Below, in pieces: positions 17,163 through 23,638 of a DNA stretch of 23,638 nucleotides. A program made the position numbers and the translations under genes. Origin of the DNA: Promethearchaeia archaeon (GTDB lineage Archaea; Asgardarchaeota; Lokiarchaeia; Sigyniarchaeales; SOKP01); contig JAHQWG010000038.1 of assembly GCA_029856045.1 (NCBI GenBank), positions 1-23,638 of the forward strand. Direction: 5' to 3'. How positions within the stretch are numbered: position 1 is the stretch's first letter; the number at the start of each line of letters is the position of its first letter. Under the pieces are notes generated by a model. That model saw only the letters and a program-made list of their open reading frames with translations. It was not told the DNA's origin and searched no databases.

Positions 17163-17885
17163 TTAACTTTTCTCTAATTTTTGAACAGAGCCATCTTCTT
17201 GACCAATATAAGCAATTGATGTCATATTAATAAAAAGGCCAGTATCTACAATACCCGAAATACTTAATAATTTTTTATTTAAATCTTTAGGATCTTTTAT
17301 AATGCTAAAATCAGCATCAATAATGAAATTACTATTATCTGTCACGACCGGACCCATTTTAGCCACAGCCATTCTTAAATTAGGGACTCCGTTAAATTTC
17401 TCAATTTCTTTCATTATTGGAATGCAAGCCCCCGGAAAAATTTCAATTGGAACTCCTTTTTTCCATTTTTCTCCAAGATATTTCGATTTTTTTCTAAAAT
17501 CTGCTATAATAATTAATTTTTTAGAATAAGAAGCGAGAATTTTTTCTTGAACCAGGCAACCGCCACCTCCTTTTATTAAATTAAGTTTTTCATCAATTTC
17601 ATCAGCCCCGTCGAGATCTATATCAAGCTCGGGATTTTGATTTAATGTCCCTAAAGTTAATCCATTTTCAATTATTAACTGCTCTGCTTGATATGATGAA
17701 GGAATACAAATGACATCCCAATTATTTCCTTTTACAATTTTAGCTAATTCTCTTACAGCAAAAACAATAGTAGAACCACTACCTATACCAATTTTCATAT
17801 TATTTCTAATATTTTCTTTAACTGCAAGTTTTGCAGCTTCACGCTTACATTTTTCAATAAGATTAATATCTCCCATCTTTTTCAC
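17163..17885 (-). CDS. rpiA: Ribose-5-phosphate isomerase A
   Basis: IGIGSGST, DGADEID, LIKGGGG...QEKI, VVTDN, GIVDTGLF. Confidence 0.96.
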   Translation of the reverse strand: MKKMGDINLIEKCKREAAKLAVKENIRNNMKIGIGSGSTIVFAVRELAKIVKGNNWDVICIPSSYQAEQLIIENGLTLGTLNQNPELDIDLDGADEIDEKLNLIKGGGGCLVQEKILASYSKKLIIIADFRKKSKYLGEKWKKGVPIEIFPGACIPIMKEIEKFNGVPNLRMAVAKMGPVVTDNSNFIIDADFSIIKDPKDLNKKLLSISGIVDTGLFINMTSIAYIGQEDGSVQKLEKS

Positions 17886-17905
17886 TTTCCATATTATTTT
17901 CCAAT

Positions 17906-18331
17906 TTAGATTTTTTTCAATAACTTTAAAATTCGAATGGCTAAATATACTGCATTATCACCACGATCAATTCCTACACAAGCAACAGGTACTCCTGGTG
18001 GCATTTGAACAATAGATAATAGTGCATCTAATCCCCCTAAATTATGACTTACAGGAACCCCAATTACTGGTTTGTCTGTTTTAGAAGCGATTACTCCAGG
18101 TAAGGCTGCAGATAACCCTGCAACTGCTATAAAAATTAAGGATTTTGTTGAGTTAATGTATTTATCCAATTCCTCGGGATTTCTATGTGCAGAAAGAATT
18201 TTAAATTCATGCTTTATGTTATTTTCTTCTAACACTTTTAATGCTTTATCAAAAACTAGCTTATCTGAATTACTACCAGCAATAACTGAAACCAATGATT
18301 CCTCATTTTTACCTATGTTAAAATTGGACAT
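17906..18331 (-). CDS. purE: N5-CAIR mutase / AIR carboxylase
   Basis: [42 protein letters not shown]. Confidence 0.96.
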   Translation of the reverse strand: MSNFNIGKNEESLVSVIAGSNSDKLVFDKALKVLEENNIKHEFKILSAHRNPEELDKYINSTKSLIFIAVAGLSAALPGVIASKTDKPVIGVPVSHNLGGLDALLSIVQMPPGVPVACVGIDRGDNAVYLAIRILKLLKKI

Positions 18332-18531
18332 AATTAATCTAAATATTTTAAAAATAAAAATAATTCTAATAGGTTCTTAATATTTTCAAATAAATTTATC
18401 AAAAACTTTAATCTTATATTTTAATATTCAATACCAAATTATCAAAAAGTTTAATATTATTTTTTTATTTCCTTAATTAACATCAAAAACTTATTGTCAA
18501 AATAATTTAAAAAAACGAGGAAATTTTAAAA

Positions 18532-19821
18532 ATGGGTAAAGAAATGAATGAAGTTTGGCTTATAGATTATGCTCGTACGGCTTTTTCCCGTTCTAGGCCA
18601 AAACAACCTGAAAGAGATGTATTTGGAGAAATTAGAAGTGATGAATTACTTGGTATGTTAATGAGAGAATTCTTTGATCAAAAATTAGCCGATAAAGGAA
18701 TCGAAAAAAAGGATATAGATGAAGTAACAGTTGGAACTGCAATGGGGGTATATGAAAATTGGACTTATGGGGGTCGACTTCCCTGTTTTATAGCTGAATT
18801 TCCAGTGGAAGTACCTGCATTATTTGTGGATAGGCAATGCGGATCTGCTGGTTCGGGACTACATGTTGGTATAATGGAGATTATGACAGGGTATAGCAAA
18901 ATTTGTTTGGCTACTGGAGTTGAACATATGACCCGGGTTTCGATGCAAAATGATTGGGTCAGACCAAACTTGGCTATGGTAAGTAAAAAAAGTAAATGGT
19001 ATAGACCTCAATACGACCTTATGACTACAATAAATATGATCCAAACCGCTCAAAAACTATACGAACAAGAAATACCTGCCTTTACTAAAGAAGATTTGGA
19101 TAAACTTGGAGTAAGATCTCATAATTTAACGGTTAAAAACCAGAAAGAAGGATGGTTTAAAGGTGAAATTATTCCAATTGAGGGGCATGCTGAAGGAAAT
19201 GTTGAAGAACCAATGATGGTTGATAGAGATATGGCAGCGAGAGCCTCCAACTTAGAAGGTGTTGCAAAATTAAGGAGATTATCAAAACCATTCTTTTTAG
19301 AAAAAAATGGTGGCAAACAAGGATATTTTGATAGAGAAGGCACTAAAGAAGGAGTAATTACAGCAGGAAACTCATCACCGTTAAACGCTGGAGCGACTGC
19401 AGGTCTTGTGATGGATGCTAAAGAAGCAGAAAAAAGAGGTCTTAAACCAATGGCAAAAATTGCTGCTATTGGTTGGGGTGCTGTTGATCCATCAGTTATG
19501 GGCAGAGGACCTGTCCCTGCAACGGAAATGGCTTTAAAATATGCTGGTCTAACTGCTGATGATATGGATTATTGGGAAATAAACGAAGCATTTACTGTTG
19601 TTACCTTAAATTGTATGAAACACTTTAACATTCCGGAAGAAAAGGTTAATGTTATGGGTGGGGCAACAGCTATTGGTCATCCTTTGGGCTCAACAATGGT
19701 TAGATTACCAGGTACCTTAGCACGAATCTTAAAGGACAAGAACGCTAAGTATGGTTGTGCTAATGCATGTTGCGGTGGGGGCCAAGGAGTAGCTGTTATA
19801 TTAGAAAATCCAAACGCATAA
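18532..19821 (+). CDS. Acetyl-CoA C-acyltransferase (thiolase)
   Basis: DRQCGS active-site Cys, EINEAF, GHPLG, CCGGGQG. Confidence 0.94.
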   Translation: MGKEMNEVWLIDYARTAFSRSRPKQPERDVFGEIRSDELLGMLMREFFDQKLADKGIEKKDIDEVTVGTAMGVYENWTYGGRLPCFIAEFPVEVPALFVDRQCGSAGSGLHVGIMEIMTGYSKICLATGVEHMTRVSMQNDWVRPNLAMVSKKSKWYRPQYDLMTTINMIQTAQKLYEQEIPAFTKEDLDKLGVRSHNLTVKNQKEGWFKGEIIPIEGHAEGNVEEPMMVDRDMAARASNLEGVAKLRRLSKPFFLEKNGGKQGYFDREGTKEGVITAGNSSPLNAGATAGLVMDAKEAEKRGLKPMAKIAAIGWGAVDPSVMGRGPVPATEMALKYAGLTADDMDYWEINEAFTVVTLNCMKHFNIPEEKVNVMGGATAIGHPLGSTMVRLPGTLARILKDKNAKYGCANACCGGGQGVAVILENPNA

Positions 19822-19854
19822 ATTATAAAATTTTTTATAAATTTTTTTTTTAAT

Positions 19855-20607
19855 TTAAATTTCGTAATTTGCAAGATAAGTTAAGAAATTATCCAAATTT
19901 GACTCATTTACAATTAAATAATCCCCATCTATCTTAAAATCGAATTTTTCAGCCCATAATATAATTAAATTCAACAATTCTTCTTTATTTGACTTTAATA
20001 TTGTTCCAATATGCTCTATTTTTATTTTTGAAGAAATCTTAATCAATCTTTTTAATTTATCAATAATTTCCTTAGAAAAAGAATGAAAATCAAATGATTC
20101 CAAATCAGCATTAGAATTACTTAACTCCTTTAACATTCTTTCTGATTCTCTTTTCCCTTGGATTGCATAACTAAATGAAGAATCAATTTTTAATGATTGA
20201 TTATAATAGGAGAGAGATAATCCATAATCCTTTATTTCCTCATAGAGAAATCCCATATTATATAAGACATATTTATCTTTGGGATTTATTTTTAGGGCAT
20301 TGTTATAGTACTCGATTGCCTTTTCATATTTTTTCTGTTTGAAATGAATAATACCCAAATTATACCAAGCTTTCACGTTATTTTTATCTAATTCGATGAT
20401 TTCCTCATAACAATGAGCGGCTTTTTCATAATCTGGAGTAAAATCATCATCCAAATAGAGTCCATATTTAAATAAACAGTTGATTAAATGGTTTTTTGCA
20501 TTTTTCTTCAATAAATTTTTAAATAGCTCTATTGATTCTTCATATTTCCCTTGTCTAAGTAATAATAATCCTTTTTCTAAATCATCTTTATTACTGTTTT
20601 TAGAAAT
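19855..20607 (-). CDS. TPR-repeat protein with C-terminal winged-helix (PCI-like) domain; probable ATT start
   Basis: TPR consensus (AWYNLG..YEKAIEYYNNALKINP). The frame continues upstream of the TTG at 20511 as ISKNSNKDDLEKGLLLLRQGKYEESIELFKNL (another TPR-like unit) up to a stop at 20625-20623. GGGTG at 20619-20615 precedes ATT 20607. Confidence 0.8.
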   Translation of the reverse strand: MSKNSNKDDLEKGLLLLRQGKYEESIELFKNLLKKNAKNHLINCLFKYGLYLDDDFTPDYEKAAHCYEEIIELDKNNVKAWYNLGIIHFKQKKYEKAIEYYNNALKINPKDKYVLYNMGFLYEEIKDYGLSLSYYNQSLKIDSSFSYAIQGKRESERMLKELSNSNADLESFDFHSFSKEIIDKLKRLIKISSKIKIEHIGTILKSNKEELLNLIILWAEKFDFKIDGDYLIVNESNLDNFLTYLANYEI

Positions 20608-20690
20608 TTTAATACACCCAATTTATTGCTACTTTTGTTAATTAAAAAAATAAATAGAATTTGCAAAATTTTTACTAGGAAGATTAAAAA

Positions 20691-21146
20691 TTATAACTCC
20701 GTTTCATATAAAACTTCTTTAGATTTCTTGATACCTAATTTTAATAATAATGATCTCAAAGCACTATCAGAATCACGGCAATAAATATATATTTTGTTTA
20801 TTTTTAGAGTGTTTTTTACGTATTTCATTAATTCTCTTATTATCCGCTCCTCTATGCTACGTTTGTAAGAATCTTCTTTTTTCGTCATAACTTGATGGAG
20901 CACGCAATTTTCATTGCCTAATATATCGATATATGCAGAAACAAATCCGACACCAACAATCTTCCCATTTTCTCTTGCGAGAATAATTGAATTTCGAAGC
21001 TTAAGATCGAGAACTCTTTTATTTAATTCTATTTCAAATCGTTCTTTATATGAGAAGTAGTAAGATTTATTTTCGATAAAATCTTCAAAAATTTCTAAAA
21101 TTTCTTCTTTATCTTTTCTGGGATCGTATCTATCAATAACAATCAT
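20691..21146 (-). CDS. GNAT-fold (acetyltransferase-like) protein
   Basis: ILARENGKIVGVG, LHQVMT..SYKRSI, ALRSLLLKLG pattern; the acetyl-CoA binding motif is degenerate. Confidence 0.65.
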   Translation of the reverse strand: MIVIDRYDPRKDKEEILEIFEDFIENKSYYFSYKERFEIELNKRVLDLKLRNSIILARENGKIVGVGFVSAYIDILGNENCVLHQVMTKKEDSYKRSIEERIIRELMKYVKNTLKINKIYIYCRDSDSALRSLLLKLGIKKSKEVLYETEL

Positions 21147-21398
21147 AGATAATTCTCTATTTATTGTTGTTAAATTAAATTTAAATTATATTATTTCGAA
21201 CTTGACTTTAATCTTATCTTTTTTCTTTTCGAATATGTTATTACAAAATTATTTATATTTATTCTTAAAAAAATTTGGAAGTCACAAAATAAAATTAAAA
21301 TTATTTATTGATTGATAAAATTTCTTTTTATTTTTATTGTTATTATCGTACCTATTGTACTAATTTTGATTTAATTATAAATTTAGAGATTAGAATTT

Positions 21399-21890
21399 AT
21401 GAAAATTCCTTTTAAAAAAATTGATAAAGAGATTCAAATTCCTATTCCTTCTAAGCCTGATGATGCTGGTGCAGATGCTCGGATAACCGGTTTTAAAAAA
21501 GTTATTATTGATGATAAAGGTGAAAAACTATTGGAAGTAGTAAAATCCGACACCTATATCTTACGCCCTCTTGAAAGAATTGGATGTTCTTTAGGATTTG
21601 CAACTGCAATACTCGAAGGATTTTATTTTAAAGTTGTTCCAAGAAGCGGTCTTGCTTTATGGGATGGTTTAAGTATAGTAAACTCACCTGGAACTATAGA
21701 TTCCGGTTATAGAAATGAATGGATGGCAATTGTAGTAAATTTATCAAACTCAGATGTTGTTTTGAAAAAAGGAGAAAGAATTTGTCAACTTATTTTAGCT
21801 AAAAAATACGATTATGAATTCGTAGAAGTCGATGAATTACCAAAATCAGAGAGAAATTTTGGAGGATTTGGTTCTACTGGTAAAAAATAA
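21399..21890 (+). CDS. dut: Trimeric dUTP diphosphatase
   Basis: All five motifs present: DAGAD, PRSG, GTIDSGYR, RICQL, RNFGGFGSTG. Confidence 0.95.
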   Translation: MKIPFKKIDKEIQIPIPSKPDDAGADARITGFKKVIIDDKGEKLLEVVKSDTYILRPLERIGCSLGFATAILEGFYFKVVPRSGLALWDGLSIVNSPGTIDSGYRNEWMAIVVNLSNSDVVLKKGERICQLILAKKYDYEFVEVDELPKSERNFGGFGSTGKK

Positions 21891-21971
21891 ATAACTTATC
21901 TTAAAAAGAGAATAAAAAAATAAAAATTATTTAAATTTTTAATAATGATTTTCTGATTTCTTATTCTTTTT

Positions 21972-23638
21972 CTATCCGCCACTGCTACGTTTTCGTTTAA
22001 TGAAGATAAATATTAAGACAGCTGCACTACCGACTCCTACAATTATAATAATTATTATTATTATAATTATACTAGGATCGATTTCTACACGTGGATAACT
22101 GTTTGGATCATTTGGATCTGTGCCAGCATCTATTTCTTCGGCATCATCAAAATCATCGCCATCTGTGTCAGGTGCATTAGGATTAGTTGGCTCATTGTTA
22201 AATGCTTCATTTTTACTTCCAGTAATTTCTTCTCCATCAGTAAGACCATCATTATCAGTATCAGAGTCATTTGGGTTAGTTGGAAGATTATTATAGAGAT
22301 TTCCGGTTCCAGTACATTCCGCAGTATCGTTTAGACCATCATTATCAGTATCAGAGTCATTTGGGTTAGTTGGAAGATTATTATAGAGATTTCCGGTTCC
22401 AGTACATTCCGCAGTATCGTTTAGACCATCATTATCAGTATCAGAGTCATTTGGGTTAGTTGGAAGATTATTATAGAGATTTCCGGTTCCAGTACATTCC
22501 GCAGTATCGTTTAGACCATCATTATCAGTATCAGAGTCATTTGGGTTAGTTGGAAGATTATTATAGAGATTTCCGGTTCCAGTACATTCCGCAGTATCGT
22601 TTAGACCATCACCATCAGTATCAGAGTCATTTGGGTTGGTTGGAAGATTATTATAGAGATTTCCAGTTCCATTACATTCTGCAGTATCATTTAAACCATC
22701 CGCATCAGTATCAAGAGCATTTGGATTAGTGGGTTGATAACTATATGCTGTATTGTTATTGCCAGTAACTTCTTCCCAATCATTCAGGCCATCACCATCA
22801 CTATCTGAATTGTCAGGATAAGTTGGTTCATTATTAAATGGATTTAATATACCTGTGATTTCTTGATAATTATTAAGGCCATCTCCATCATTATCAAAAT
22901 ATAAAGTAAAATCTGAATTAACTATTGGATAAAGATCTAACCCATTTGGCCCAATATTATAAGGAAGTAGCGTATCTCCTCTTCCATCACCATTAATATC
23001 GACACCTCCATAATCATCCCAATAATTACCTGAATAATTCGCTGGAATCATTTCTGCCCACCATCTATAATATAGATTTTTGCTTCCCTCATCTATTCCA
23101 TTTGTACTTGTTTGATTAGCAAATGTATTCCAATAAATCCAATTATTATTTGCATCTTTTCCACCCGACCAATTTAATATATGAAGCCCAACTGTATTAT
23201 TTGTTATTATAGACTGCCAAATAGTGTTATTCCATGAACCCCAAATAACTAATCCTACATTTGTATTATTGAAGATTGTTTCAAACGATAAATCATTGAA
23301 AGAACTGTTTATTAAGACAGTTCCATTCCAACAAAAGCTAATATCATTAAATGTGAAGTTATTAAGAGTAGAATTTATTAGATAAATTCCGGAAATTGAA
23401 CAATCAGAAATATTATTTGATGAAATTAAATTATCTTGTGCGTTAATCAGATAAATTCCTATGTTTAAATCGGATGTAAGATTATTATTATGAATATAAA
23501 TAGATCCATTTGAATGCCATGAATAAATTCCCCATGTAGTATTATAGATAATATTATTCATAATCTCAATATAACATTCTGGAAAAATCATAATTCCGAC
23601 TTCAGTAGCATTATATATAACGTTATTCACTATTAAAG
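21972..23638 (-). CDS. Membrane-anchored surface protein: NosD/parallel beta-helix repeats + DxDxDG Ca-binding (thrombospondin type 3-like) repeats + C-terminal TM; 5'-truncated
   Basis: GIYL..NN.I repeats, GNYWDDY, multiple DxDxDGLxD, poly-Ile TM and KRKR tail; many N-x-S/T sequons. The frame is open to the window edge. Confidence 0.85.
   Translation of the reverse strand, partial: LIVNNVIYNATEVGIMIFPECYIEIMNNIIYNTTWGIYSWHSNGSIYIHNNNLTSDLNIGIYLINAQDNLISSNNISDCSISGIYLINSTLNNFTFNDISFCWNGTVLINSSFNDLSFETIFNNTNVGLVIWGSWNNTIWQSIITNNTVGLHILNWSGGKDANNNWIYWNTFANQTSTNGIDEGSKNLYYRWWAEMIPANYSGNYWDDYGGVDINGDGRGDTLLPYNIGPNGLDLYPIVNSDFTLYFDNDGDGLNNYQEITGILNPFNNEPTYPDNSDSDGDGLNDWEEVTGNNNTAYSYQPTNPNALDTDADGLNDTAECNGTGNLYNNLPTNPNDSDTDGDGLNDTAECTGTGNLYNNLPTNPNDSDTDNDGLNDTAECTGTGNLYNNLPTNPNDSDTDNDGLNDTAECTGTGNLYNNLPTNPNDSDTDNDGLNDTAECTGTGNLYNNLPTNPNDSDTDNDGLTDGEEITGSKNEAFNNEPTNPNAPDTDGDDFDDAEEIDAGTDPNDPNSYPRVEIDPSIIIIIIIIIIVGVGSAAVLIFIFIKRKRSSGG
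22243..22740. repeat. 90-bp coding tandem repeat (4 identical units, one near-identical, one diverged partial)
   Basis: Units start at 22243, 22333, 22423, 22513, 22603 and 22693, encoding NDTAECTGTGNLYNNLPTNPNDSDTDNDGL. Confidence 0.95.

Noticed and set aside
17302-19874. Short ORFs opposite rpiA, purE and the thiolase
   Set aside because: Antisense shadows of conserved housekeeping genes.
21399-21890. dUTPase as a sign of viral origin
   Set aside because: Surrounded by cellular genes with no viral hallmarks.
22243-22740. Possible CRISPR array
   Set aside because: Contiguous 90-bp units with no unique spacers, in frame within a protein, and no cas genes nearby.

Overview
AT-rich archaeal chromosomal window, most consistent with an Asgard (Lokiarchaeia-like) archaeon. 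This is an inference from gene content: PAC2/PbaB, DUF3795, 2TM plus PadR-zinc ribbon, a TPR plus winged-helix protein, a CCA-less tRNA, and TATA boxes with T-tract terminators. Most of the window is metabolic or housekeeping: PAP2 phosphatase (partial), tungsten aldehyde:ferredoxin oxidoreductase with two tandem MoaD/ubiquitin-like genes, DUF1847, PAC2, FadH-like flavoenzyme, a nucleotidyltransferase, a spinster-like MFS with a long tail, rpiA, purE, thiolase, GNAT, dUTPase, and a surface protein with 90-bp tandem repeats. The standout is a ~2.4 kb islet inserted at the 3' end of tRNA-Ala(GGC). It is bounded by a 17-bp direct repeat of the tRNA 3' end, with a perfect palindrome just inside each end. 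It carries a coupled DprA(SLOG) + phosphoribosyltransferase pair resembling ShosTA / DprA-PRTase anti-viral toxin-antitoxin systems. Three genes also appear to start at non-canonical ACG/ATT codons behind Shine-Dalgarno-like motifs.
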